The notes below the pieces were generated by a model. That model saw only the letters and a list, made by a program, of their open reading frames with translations. It did no database searches and was not told the DNA's origin. From assembly GCA_002104905.1 (NCBI GenBank), contig MCFE01000362.1, positions 1 to 64,000 of the forward strand: a stretch of DNA of 64,000 bases, written 5' to 3'. The stretch's first letter is position 1, and every line of letters begins with the position of its first letter. Made by a program: the position numbers and the translations under genes. Source of the stretch: Basidiobolus meristosporus CBS 931.73. Taxonomy: Eukaryota > Fungi > Basidiobolomycota. Shown piece by piece: positions 1-10,879 of this stretch.

Positions 1-738
1 CTGGTAGTAGTCACTCCAGGAACTCCAATTCAAAAGATCCCTATACTTCTGAAGCAGTATGTACTGCTGGTACTTGAATTTGGTCTCCACATTATGCCCC
101 TAACCTCCAGAGAACTTCACCACCCGGATAAATTTCTCCATCAGTGTATCAGATCCTTGGTACCTTATCTTGCAGTATCTCCCTATATCCATGCCACTAA
201 TGGAGCCTTTGGGTTCTACCCATACCATATCCAAATTGTCTATATCCATGCTTCCTTCCTAGTCAAGCTTCAGAAATCACATAACCCCTCCATCAAACAA
301 TGGCTTAAATCTAACTCCTCCCTGAGATTTCTTACTGGCACACCCTGGTTGGCTCTGCTGTAGTAACAGAGCTTGCTTCAAAACTTCAAAAAGCTGAGAA
401 ACCAAGACTACTGGCACAGGACCATCTAAGATCTATGTGGCAGAGCTACTTACAAGCCCACACACCTTTCCTACTACATCTAATCCCAGGCTTGGTTCCA
501 GTCTTGGATTGTATTGAACAGAAACATCTACCACTTGTACTTCCCCCAAAACTCTTGAATTATCTACTTACCCCTGGTGAGCTTTACTTTATTGAAACAA
601 ACATCAGAGATGAAACAAAACATAAATTAGATTACTTATTAGAGAGGTTCTAAACTTCTTAATTAGCTTCTTTATTTGTACTTAGAGTAGTTCTTGACTC
701 AAATAAAGATTTCACCAACTTGGTGACTTTCCCTCACC
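1..738 (+). mobile_element. 3' portion of a decayed non-LTR (LINE) retrotransposon, copy 1; runs off the window start
   Basis: Frame-1 translation from base 1 (LLKQYVLLVLEFGLHIMPLTSRELHHPDKF) aligns with the post-RT region of the downstream LINE (LLKQFVFPVLEFGLPLLSLTSRDCTKLDKF, about 2506-2600). WQSYLQAHTPF (435-) aligns with W*QYLKQHTPF (about 2905). It shares the 3' motif gcttctttattt...aaataaagatttcacc..ggtgact with copy 2. Confidence 0.75.
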
Positions 739-3189
739 TAAATATCCTGAGAACAAAACTACTTTGACTGCAAGAATGAAGCCAAGGTATACATTCCTAA
801 TGAACTTCCTGAGAGAAAGCCATCTGCTAGCACTAGCTGCTCAATCTGAGAAAAGATGTGTTCACTGGATCTGCCCTTCTGCTGCTGCTCTCTACTTTGT
901 GAATGAAGTCAAGCCATTCTCTGGAGCTGAATTAGGATCCTTTAGAGCCTCTGATCACCCAGACTGGTCCCTTTCTATGCAACCACTTGTGAAGAAGGAG
1001 CTGCCAAAACTTACTGTGCTCACCCACAAAGCTACCAAGAATCAGAAGAAGGACTTTGGGAACTACTTGAAGCTTGCCAGTTTGCTACTGTTGTCTGCCA
1101 GATGATCTCAACTATGTCTGGCTCTTTGTGAAGTATCTGATCCTGGTCTCTGCCTCCCTCTCACTGCCATATAAAACTACTTCTGGAACATCAAGAAAAT
1201 GGGAATCCATTGTTTCTGCCCTGCAACAAAGCTACCTGAGTTTCCTATCCCAAAAACAGAGAAACTCCTCCTGACAGCCATACATCACTCTAAGGCAATT
1301 CACCACACTCTGCATACTCAGCTCTGGGATCACATTATGAGCTCTTTGCCTCTGCAATCTTCCAACTCTATAACAGAACAGTGTCAAGACTCTACAGGGC
1401 AATGAGGCCCTCTTCCATGAAGTTGCCTTCAACAGACCAGCTGGCTAACATCTTCTTCTCTACAAAGCAGTACTCAACTCCTGGCTTTCATCCTGACTTC
1501 AAGACTCTGCCAATCCCACTTGCACTTGATCAAGAGAGAATCCATAATGTGCTTAAGAGGCTTCCCAACTCTACTGCTCCAGGTGTGGACATAACTTTCT
1601 ATGAGCTTCTGAAGACTAATACCAAGGCCATGTCTGCTCTTCTGCTTCCACTGTTTCAGCAATGCTCAGCCCAGCTTTCTACTCCTGAGGAATGGTCCTC
1701 TGCCAATGTTCTGCCACTGTACAAGGGTAAAGGAAAGCTCCTGGATCCTAGCTCCTACAGGCCAATATCTCTGCTGCCCACATGCATAAAGGTGTTTGAG
1801 CTTCTGATTGCTCAGGAGCTCTACTCTGACTCCCTCAGGTTTCACCCTGCAGAGTTTGGCTTTGTTCCTGGCCTCTCCTTGGAATATGCAGTCATACTTA
1901 GCCAAGATCACTCTCTCCAGTGCAAGTATCCCTCTACTCTGTTTGATATTACTAAGGCCTTTGATTCAGTTTGACAGAAATCTGCTTTGGTCCAAGTTGC
2001 AATGCTTCTCCAGTACCTCTCTCACCCTCCTAGTCAGGTCTCTGTTTCTGGATCCACAAGCAACAATTCTGCACCCAAGTGAGCAATCACCGGTGCTCTC
2101 AGTTCCTAATGGAGTGGTTCAAGTCCCTGTGCTTGGTCCTATACTGTTTGCCATCTTCCTGAATGACTTCCCAAGACTCTCAGCTGACTGCCTGGTTACT
2201 CTCTTTGCTGATGACATCAGAATATCCTCCTCCAATGTGCAACAAGATTCCCAGACTATCCACCAGTATCTGCAGAAGAATAATCTCCAGCTTTCCATTG
2301 CAAAGACAGTACCTTTGGGTTGTCCTATCAACTTAGAAACTGCACTCTACCTGCTCAAGTTTCTGCTACATATCTTGGCTTTCCTTTCCTTCCTACTGGA
2401 CTAGACTCTGGAGCACACCTGAAGAAGAGAATTATCCTGGCAAGACAAGCACTCCACAAGCTACTGGCTGTTACTCCTCCTACAACTTCAGCTCCCAGTT
2501 GCCTCCTTCTACTCAAGCAGTTTGTCTTCCCTGTCCTGGAAATTTGGCTTACCACTTCTCTCTCTTACTTCTAGAGACTGCACTAAGCTTGACAAGTTTG
2601 CAGTACTGGTGCATTACATCCCTTGGTGCCTCATCTGCCTGAATGCCCCTACAGACATGCTATTCTTGGTGCTTTTGAGTTTATGCCCTACAAGATCAGA
2701 CTACTCTACCTTTGAACCAGATTATATCTCAGACTTCACCACTGCAACAACCTACTAATCAGGGCCTGGAAGTGAACACACCACACTACACCTGGCTCCT
2801 GCTGGAGAACTATACTTGGAGATCCTGAAGTCAAGAAGTTTGCTCAATATATTCTGCAGTCAGAAAAGCCCAAGCTGGCCTACCTGAAGTACTTGACAGT
2901 CCTTTGGTAGCAATATCTAAAGCAACACACTCCCTTTATGATGAATATCAATCCTTATCATATTCCCCTCACTAATGTTGTTTGCAAATCATTCTTACCC
3001 CTCTTGCTACCCCTCTTCTCACTGAACAGTGTCTTGAGCACTGAAGAACTATCATCACTTCTTGTTCACCTACCTACAAATTCCCCTCAGCTACACACTC
3101 TTGTATCAAAGCTACAACAGTAGTGCTGGCTTCTTTATTTCAACTGAAATAAAGATTTCACCTGTTGGTGACTATCTCCCCCCTAACCT
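739..3189 (+). mobile_element. 5'-truncated, frameshifted LINE retrotransposon (end of APE endonuclease, then reverse transcriptase), copy 2
   Basis: An SDH motif in ORF 764-1105 resembles the APE endonuclease C-terminus. RT motifs: TAPGVDI, SYRPISLL, FGF, DITKAFDSV, QVPVLGPILFAIFLND, LFADD, YLG. A +1 frameshift lies near 1970 (gtt t gac) and further frameshifts and stops follow. AATAAA at about 3149. Confidence 0.9.
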
Positions 3190-3498
3190 TGACTAGTAAA
3201 CATTGCATATATATATACATTATAAGCAGTCCCAAAGCTCCCAAGCTTTGCAAGCATATTATATGGGCTTATTTTGACCAGACCTTTTAATAGTATAGTC
3301 ACTACTTTTATACTCAATCAATGGTTAATTGAGAACCAGATTATCTACTTACTCTCCAAATTACTTCCAATATCTGAAAGACTCTGCCAGCACAATAACC
3401 TATTGCACCCTGCAACTGTGCTGAATCACTTTGAGAATGTACAGATTTCTCAGTATGGCAAAGAGCGCTTTATTTGCTCATTGTAATAATCAACTAGA

Positions 3499-3975
3499 TT
3501 AAAAAACATAACCAAAATCGAGGGAAGGGGTGCTGGTTAGATCCTTGAGGTTAAATGAGTCAGAGCCTGTGAGCAGCCCACTGAAATCTTCAAGTCCGTC
3601 CAGTTTTTCAATTAAATCAAATAGCTCTATGTTGATCTTATAGATTGCACCAGCTACAACAGCTGTATCCAACAATTCAACAGGTTGATTTCCGTTTACT
3701 GTCCAAAGTCGGCCATTCCTCATATACACAACATTGTCATGTTTGAGCTGCTTCATTCTTTTGAATCCCAATGCTTCTTCAATAGCTTTCTCTAAGCCAA
3801 CATTTTCGATCCTCTTCTGCAAACGAAGCTGTGTTTGCTTGAACTGTTCAAAAATCTCCCGGTATCTTCTAGCAACAGACTCCCTGTATTCAGAGTTGAA
3901 ATTGGGATCGGTTTTGGCAAATCTCTGTCTAAGTATCTCGTTGTAAGACACAGGAATAGAACCGTAGGGCGGCAT
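3499..3975 (-). CDS. Intronless 158-aa hypothetical (orphan) protein
   Basis: ATG-initiated open frame with an in-frame stop just upstream, helical/charged composition and retained CpGs, unlike the flanking TE. No family recognised. Confidence 0.4.
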   Translation of the reverse strand: MPPYGSIPVSYNEILRQRFAKTDPNFNSEYRESVARRYREIFEQFKQTQLRLQKRIENVGLEKAIEEALGFKRMKQLKHDNVVYMRNGRLWTVNGNQPVELLDTAVVAGAIYKINIELFDLIEKLDGLEDFSGLLTGSDSFNLKDLTSTPSLDFGYVF

Positions 3976-4350
3976 TGTTTTCTTTGGCGTAGGGGAGGAA
4001 GTTACTCTTCAATGCTGTCATATGGCTGCTTTTATGCTTCCAGTTGCAAAACTGAGGTAGATTACGATTACGTCATGAGACACTGAAACAACGCAGGTAA
4101 AGGAACGACCGATCAAATTCCCACAGGAGTGGTACCACAACTACTACAATGGTGTTACCAGCCTCATTCAGCAAGGCTTTACTTATGGAAATGATGGAAG
4201 ATAGGGTGACGGCACTTGAGTGGGTTCGTACACGGCTACACAATTTTTATTACGATCACCATCATTTAATCAGTCACTCTCTTGTTTCACAAATAGCTAC
4301 ATTAAGCATATATGTTGCTGATCTGACCGATTGTTGAAATAGCAATATCT

Positions 4351-4410
4351 CAGCCTTACGAACCCAATGGACTAGTGTCACAGCCTTACGAACTCAATGG
4401 ACTAGTGTCA
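4351..4410. repeat. 30-bp tandem duplication (2 copies, 1 mismatch)
   Basis: cagccttacgaac(c/t)caatggactagtgtca twice. Confidence 0.95.
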
Positions 4411-4933
4411 CTCCTTTAATGTTTGCAATGATTATTTAAGAGCAGAACTGGAAATATATCATTCATCGTAGATTTCATTGAATAAACCAGAATGCTAACT
4501 TTCCTTGGATTTCATCCAACCAATACTGCAGTACGTGTTGTAGGATCGAGGATGCTAGCTCAAGGATGTTCTTTAGCTATATGTTTGCTACTTGACCCCT
4601 TGAGTTGGTAAATTAGCATAGACCGATCGACAAAACAATGGGTTGCTCCACCCTCGTGGGCAGTAATGTGGACATAGCGACCAGAGGTATAGATTCCCAA
4701 TCCCATCTGCTTGATCGCTATTCATTCTTCACAAGTTAGCACCATTTGGCAAACCATCAGAACGTAAAATGTCAGCACTACTTGGAATTGATGGTTACTA
4801 CTTGGCACGATGTTAACAAGAGCTAACAGCTTTAATAATGTAGATTACACACAGCATTGTGATTTAACATGTACCAGTATTGTATTATCACATTGCTGCC
4901 GTCATTCAAATCCAGCGATCCAGTCGCGATATC

Positions 4934-6143
4934 CTATAAAACGGTAGTAACCAAGACACGTGGAGCGGTTACTGTGGGCTGCACAGTCTCAAAGATGGTG
5001 AGATTCTGAGTCTCAACCCTCTCGTTAGTAACGGTCGAGGTAGAAGTGGTAGGTTGGCCTAGAACCGTTGTGTCGGTGAGTATTTCAGTTACTGTCGCGA
5101 ATTCATTCCGAGTATCTGTAGTCGGTGTGAATGTTGTCAGCTGAGTTCTTGTTCTGTGTATAGTTTCAGTCTGCAAAGTGGTGTCGAGCAATGTCTCCTT
5201 CAGAGTAATTGTCGGCTCGATTTGGACGGTGTGCCATTGCTTTTTCGTTGTAGTCGTAGTTACCGCAGAGTCGGTGAACCGCTTGTACCCAACGTACGTC
5301 TCCACAACAGTGACGGTATGCTTGCCATGTAAAGGAGGAGGGTTATTTGGGGGCGGGCTCATATTTGTGGTGTTGATGTGAAAGGTTGGATAGTAGAACC
5401 ATCCATTCTTGCTTCCGGGCTGTGTTCCATCTAGCTTGAGCATCATGCCATTTCCCTCTTTCAAAGGCACCGCATCGGTGTAGTATTCGGGGTGAGCTTT
5501 GTTTGCGTTTTTATTCGGGGAGATACTTGCGGCGGGATACCATCCTGAATCGCCTTCGTACCGGAAGTGTTGGTTGGAATATATTCCTATTCTCTCCTGG
5601 TCATAATTTGAGAGCCAATTCTCGAGAAATTGGTACAAGTATCCCATGCCATTGCGCCCATAGTTGGGAGCGGTAATCTGCGCTATTAGTTCCCAATGAT
5701 CTTCGGTAAAGAAATAGCTGTGAAAGATCTCATTCGTCCCGTTGAAATCTACCTCAACTTTGAAGTCGTACTTCACTCCGGTCTGCCAAGCATGCCCGGG
5801 AATGAGCACATGGGCCATGGCGCCTTCTGGGCACTTCTCCTCGCACTGTTCGATCCGGCCGTGAGGAATCGCAAGATCGATCCGCGGGGATTTCTGCTTG
5901 TCGTTCCATTCAGCCATGATTAATGCATGTGAGCCATCTGGAAGCACTTGGACACCAAAGTATCCAAGATACCAAGCAGCTACGCACCAGTATGTTGTTG
6001 GCGGATCGTATCCAGTAGGAACCTCTAAGCTGGTGTAGAAGCCGGTGATCTTCTTGTTCATCCCGGGATACACCCACATGTCTATGGCATCGGCGTTGAT
6101 GCCCACAGAAAGTGCGGCCAAAATAAAGACTATAGAGCACCAC
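4934..6143 (-). CDS. Secreted DUF3472-like protein with a Thr-rich C-terminal stalk; intronless. The ORF is open from 6181; the likely start is Met at 6143.
   Basis: Signal-like MWCSIVFILAALSVGINA. Motifs GFYTSLEVP, GYFGVQV, WQTGVKYDF, WELIAQI, YQFLENW and YSNQ match my recollection of the DUF3472 family. Thr-rich tail of about 130 aa. Confidence 0.7.
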
Positions 6144-6244
6144 ATGATAGTAGCCCCCACTATGTGCGGATCATGACACATTTATAAAAGGCCGGGATAC
6201 CAGGCCGGGAAAACCTAGGCCTTAGCTTCGAACTCTAGAAAGAA

Positions 6245-6325
6245 ATCAGACTGCTTCAGGCTCTGAAAAGAGGCATGGCTTATCAGACTGCTTCAGGATC
6301 TGAAAAGAGGCATGGCTTATCAGAC
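6245..6325. repeat. 37-bp tandem duplication (2.2 copies)
   Basis: atcagactgcttcagg(c/a)tctgaaaagaggcatggctt twice, then atcagac. Confidence 0.95.
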
Positions 6326-6366
6326 ACCAATTTTGAGACCCGTATGTCACAAGCGATAATTGGAGG

Positions 6367-6420
6367 CTGGTAGTCTGCTAATACCGATTCAAACTGGTAG
6401 TCTGCTAATACCGATTCAAA
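6367..6420. repeat. Perfect 27-bp tandem duplication
   Basis: ctggtagtctgctaataccgattcaaa twice. Confidence 0.95.
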
Positions 6421-6643
6421 CCCGAGATGATTGGGAGTAGTATGCTGATCAATCAAATGGTTAGTGCATTTCATAGATTAGCCTTCAAAAGCTACCAACT
6501 GCAGACCAGACTTGTGATTGGTCAGTGTATTGCAAGAATATGAGAGGTACCCCACTCTGTCAGCCTTAATTCTTCGGCAAACTAACGTGGAAGATAGAGC
6601 CCATTATGGTTTGGCCATCCATCACAGCACGGAGGCTAGGGGT

Positions 6644-6789
6644 ATGATGATGAAAAAGAGCGATACATGATGATAGAGCGATGCAAGATGATAGCGCGAT
6701 GCAAGATGATAGCGCGATGCAAGATAATAGAGCGATGCAAGATGATAGAGCGACGCAAGATGATAGCGCGATGCATGATGATGAAAAAG
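6644..6789. repeat. 18-bp minisatellite (6 units, 6669-6776) bracketed by gatgatgaaaaag
   Basis: Units gatgatag(a/c)gcgatgcaa; these generate the repetitive ORFs listed at 6566-6855. Confidence 0.95.
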
Positions 6790-7493
6790 CCAGATATTCC
6801 TCCAACAGCGCTTTTTAAGCACACAACAAACTTTCATCGGGTTGGACCTTCTTGAACATGCCTTGTGGATGCTACTACCACTTGAGTATCAACACGTTTC
6901 CGCCAACGTCGCTGATCATCTTGATGTTTCAGTCTGGTCTCGATGGTTCAAGCCTAATCGGGCAGTCCGACGGGTTACACGTACTCATTGACCAGGGTGC
7001 CCATCAATGTGCAAAAGAGTAGTCTCAACACTGGTTGGTCCGAATGTGGTCTTGGAGGATCTGAATCTGCTCAAGGGTCTAGTGGTCAAGGCGTCACGAT
7101 GCAGGTAAATATATGTTCGACAAGGTTCAACCGATGACGGCCCCGAGAAACCAGCTTTCGGACTTCAACAATAAGGGAATTATTGCTATTTTTTGCAGCT
7201 GGTTCATGATATTGCCTAGTCAATCGATTTGATGTTAGTACGAAGAAGAAATTTGCCTTTGTAAAAGTATACATATAGCAAATGTACAGATTGCTTACCT
7301 GATTAGGCAGCTTGGGCATGCTATTTACCCACAAGAGCTGAAAAAAAACTGCTTTGAAATCCGTTCACCTTTTTGTCATTTGGAGCATCAGAAACTGACG
7401 GCTATTAGGCTTGACATTTGAAGATTGCCATTTTGTACTTTGTTTCACGCTCCACTGAGAGACACCAAAACTTGCATATAATCCCGTAAAGTC

Positions 7494-7648
7494 TTTTGGA
7501 CAACTTATCGGGTTTTTACGTTCTGGGTACTTGACATTTTGGTGAAAATATTCAAAGTAAAGCCCGACAAAGAGAGTAAAGTTTGTAGGCTTTGATCTGA
7601 GTGACTAAATTGATGGAATATTTAGGTGTAAATACGAGATTTACAACA
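7494..7648 (-). mobile_element. Relic of the right half (in + coordinates) of a copia-family LTR related to those at 37-46 kb
   Basis: ttttggacaact...ttctgggtac...attttggtgaaaatattc.aagtaaa...gatct.agtgactaa...atatttaggtg.aaatac...ttacaaca is colinear with 37442-37610. Confidence 0.8.
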
Positions 7649-7817
7649 ATATTACTGTTTATTATCATTCCCCTCATATTTGGGAGAACCTCAAATACTT
7701 TAAGAAAAGATTCAGGACGTGGTGTACAAATACTGGACTCAGTTGGACAAGTTCGGAAGCTTTGGCATCTACCAGGGCTTCACCTTGCCAAGACATGAGT
7801 AGCAATCAGCTAATTAG

Positions 7818-7915
7818 TGTTGTAAGAGTTTTAGGGAAACTGGAAATGATTGGGAGAACCAGTAGATTATGTGGGATTGGGCGTGAGAGTTATATTTATA
7901 CAGTTACAAGGTCTT
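7818..7915 (-). mobile_element. Relic of the left half (in + coordinates) of the same copia LTR family
   Basis: tgttgtaagagt...ggaa.tgattgggagaac.agtagattatgtgg...tatttatac..ttac..ggtctt matches 37260-37375. Confidence 0.75.
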
Positions 7916-8484
7916 TACAGAAAAAGTACCTAAATATGCGACAAGACCACTTGCAACTACTGCAGTTATAGATACATATACATATATTTGTATGAACAGA
8001 GGAATATAGCAGTCAAGTGTTGCTAATGGATCAAATAAATGGGAATATTTTACGTTTTTATCTACTTGACTGTTGATGTGAAGAGCCATGTAACTTACTC
8101 ATTGAACTTCCCGAAAAGTATTTACTAACACTTGGTAAAAAAGCGAATGGTATATAACCTGGTAACCTGGTAACCTCGATCTGAAAAAGTGCAGGATAAG
8201 CCATATTGGTTTTTGTACGACCAAACACAAATACTGGTTTGCTCTCCAGGAGCACCAAGTATCAATCATCCAAATGATGCCACTCAGGGATGGTAATACT
8301 GACTCATAGCCAATAGTGTGGGGTGGCTGACTCGAGTTGGGGCAATCGGAGCCAATCAAACGGCATTCGAGTCAATTGAAAAAATATATTTGACTAAATG
8401 AACAGTTGAGAGGGGTTGGTAACAGTAAATAAATACTGAGAGAATTGGCCTTGTTGTCATTAGCTTCTTCAATCCCATTTTCTC

Positions 8485-9168
8485 ATGATTCCTACCGCTT
8501 CAACCGCCGCTTGCCCATCCGTCCAGGAGCTTCCACCTTATTCTCCGGGATGCCGTGGGCAGGCCAAGTGCGAAGAGGTTTCTCCTCCAGCTTATAGTGT
8601 AGTTGATTTGCCGATCATTTCTTTCAATCTCAGACTTTCGCATTCTAGCGAACGTTTGCGATCGGTGAACATGCCCGACCTAATAGATATTAGATCTACT
8701 GAAAATAATTTGCCATTGTATTTAGTTAATAAATGCTACTTTAACAATATTACTTCGACCTTTGCTTTAGCCGATTCTTTTACTAATTGTACAGTGGTCC
8801 AAGCCACCAAGGACATCAGGAGGTCCCAGCATTTCGAGATCGAAGGCCACGATACGAATGTGTCCCTGCGGTCGGCGTCATTCTTCCGCGCAGTTTACAA
8901 ATTCACCCTGGACAGCAATACTTTCCGTTGGAGCTTCGACGGGGACAATCTAAGCTGTGAGCTTCTGTCAACTGACCCACAGGGAAGACGTGTGAAGCGC
9001 TCTGTAGGCGGAGTCACATTCTTTGATGAACGGCCATCATCACTATTTGGCCAAGTTTGGATGTTCCAGAGAGCTGGCAACGATGTACTGATCACCACTA
9101 AGTTTGAACAGATTTTCTTGATGACGGCGGTTCTAGTGATGTTCCAAGCAGACAGACTTCAGATATAG
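8485..9168 (+). CDS. Intronless 227-aa protein with N-terminal PY motifs (LPPY, PPAY) and a beta-rich, possibly tubby/LURP-like domain
   Basis: Long ATG-initiated ORF with two PY motifs, alternating beta-strand pattern and a hydrophobic C-terminal helix (IFLMTAVLVM). Confidence 0.65.
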   Translation: MIPTASTAACPSVQELPPYSPGCRGQAKCEEVSPPAYSVVDLPIISFNLRLSHSSERLRSVNMPDLIDIRSTENNLPLYLVNKCYFNNITSTFALADSFTNCTVVQATKDIRRSQHFEIEGHDTNVSLRSASFFRAVYKFTLDSNTFRWSFDGDNLSCELLSTDPQGRRVKRSVGGVTFFDERPSSLFGQVWMFQRAGNDVLITTKFEQIFLMTAVLVMFQADRLQI

Positions 9169-9533
9169 GTACGTTTCCCGGCATCACATTCGTCATTGTT
9201 TATATGCTAATCATTTTCCACCAGTCAAGAACACTTGTCTGCACATCCACTACACATCCACTACACAACCACCTTTACATTCCTAATCACCCAACATTAA
9301 TAAACATGTCTACAAATGATTAAAACGTGATTTACTCCGGAATTCCAAAAAGACCGATCTTTTTTTCGGCCATCGCGGGGCAGATTTAGTAGAGTTCGCA
9401 GGATGTAACCAACGCTGGAGCGTAAAAAAAAATTCACCAGCTTCCCTTTTTTTTTACCTCCCGATTTTTTTCCAGTCGATGCGGTTTTAACGCTACCCGG
9501 TGCACTTTGTCTCCCTTTCACTGCACACCCAAT

Positions 9534-10568
9534 ATGTCCACCGAAGAGATTGTCAAGCAGCCCGAAGTCTCTGGCTTTCAAGATTCCGACGAGGACGAGG
9601 TCATCCTTAATCCCGAGAGCCTCCCCGAGATAAATGTGGCCGAGGTGACGATGGACACGGACGATACCGATAAGCCATCCTTCAGAGCCTTGACTGCGGA
9701 AGAGATGAATGTCAGTACACCACTTCTTCAAACAACCAGCGTAGACGTGGTCACTAACCCTCCACTTTAGTCGGGCAAATCTTCCATGAGAAAGGTCCCC
9801 ATTCCCCCTCACAGAATGGCTCCCCTCAAGGGCAACTGGATCAAACTCTACACCCCACTTGTTGAACACTTGAAGCTCCAAGTTCGTATGAACGTCAAGT
9901 CCAAGTCGGTGGAATTGAAGGTTTGTTCTCGACCCTCTCGCACACAGTCATGTTATTCGGTGGGTGTTCTGATGTTTCTTCCCATCTCGTGTTCAGACCT
10001 CTCCCCACACCGTTGATACCGGTGCTTTGCAAAAGGGAACCGACTTTGTGCGTGCCTTCGCCCTAGGCTTCGACATCGATGTAAGTGATTGCCCTGTGTA
10101 CGGCAGGTTGGGCCGAGTGTACTCACCCCTTTGTTCAGGATGCCTTGGCTTTGCTTAGATTGGACGAGCTCTACATCGATTCGTTCGAAATCAAAGATGG
10201 TAGGTGATCATTGGCCAACTGCATCCCGATCCGAGACTCATCTCCCTCTAGTAAAAACCCTTCACGGCGATCATCTTTCCCGTGCCATTGGTCGTATCGC
10301 CGGTAAGGATGGCAAGACCAAGTTCACCATCGAGAACGCCACCAAGACCAGAATCGTCTTGGCCGACACGTAAGTTCCCACTGACGATGCTTTCCCGGCC
10401 GCCCGACGCTAAACCATCATCCCCAACAGTCGCATTCATATCTTGGGCTCCTTCCAGAACATCAAGATCGCTCGAGATGCGGTGGTCAGCTTGATTTTGG
10501 GTTCCCCTCCAGGCAAGGTCTACTCCACCCTCCGCACCATCTCCGCCAGAATGAAGGAGAGATTCTAA
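9534..10568 (+). CDS. PNO1: Pre-rRNA processing KH-domain protein Pno1/Dim2 (6 exons)
   Basis: Spliced translation includes [73 protein letters not shown] and ARMKERF*. Five GT-AG introns, the first at 9711-9770. Confidence 0.97.
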
Positions 10569-10879
10569 GCGCGCCAAATCCACCAACTTAATTTCGTTCT
10601 GGGCGGGCCGAGGTGCCAATCCCCGGGTCTCCCCACTTCATTTCCGTGCAATCCCTCATTTCTACCGCTTTCTTACAAGGCTTTCTATTATTATGTAATA
10701 TTTGTTTCATCCTAGACTCGTAATAAAGTAACTTGCTTTTGCTTCATGACCGGTGCCCTGATCTTTATATGTATGGATATGCCTGAGCTCACTAGTTGGG
10801 GGATGGTCGGTTGGCTAATTTTCCAAGGAAACAAACAAAACATCCTGCATACCTCTTGGCGCCACAAATCCTGAAGGAT

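Noticed and set aside
719-730. In-frame LGDF resembling the APE endonuclease GDFN motif
   Set aside because: These bases are the 3' hairpin shared with 3158-3171, so they are better explained as the 3' module of copy 1; the following Asn is absent.
3181-3189. CCCTAACC after the LINE 3' end, suggesting telomere targeting
   Set aside because: Only one telomere-like unit, and the other copy reads CCCTCACC; insufficient evidence.
6245-6789. Direct repeats as a possible CRISPR array
   Set aside because: The repeats are adjacent with no unique spacers, there are no cas genes and the context is eukaryotic.
7649-7817. TRIM (mini LTR element) formed by the two LTR relics
   Set aside because: The spacer has no PBS or PPT, and each relic is only half an LTR.
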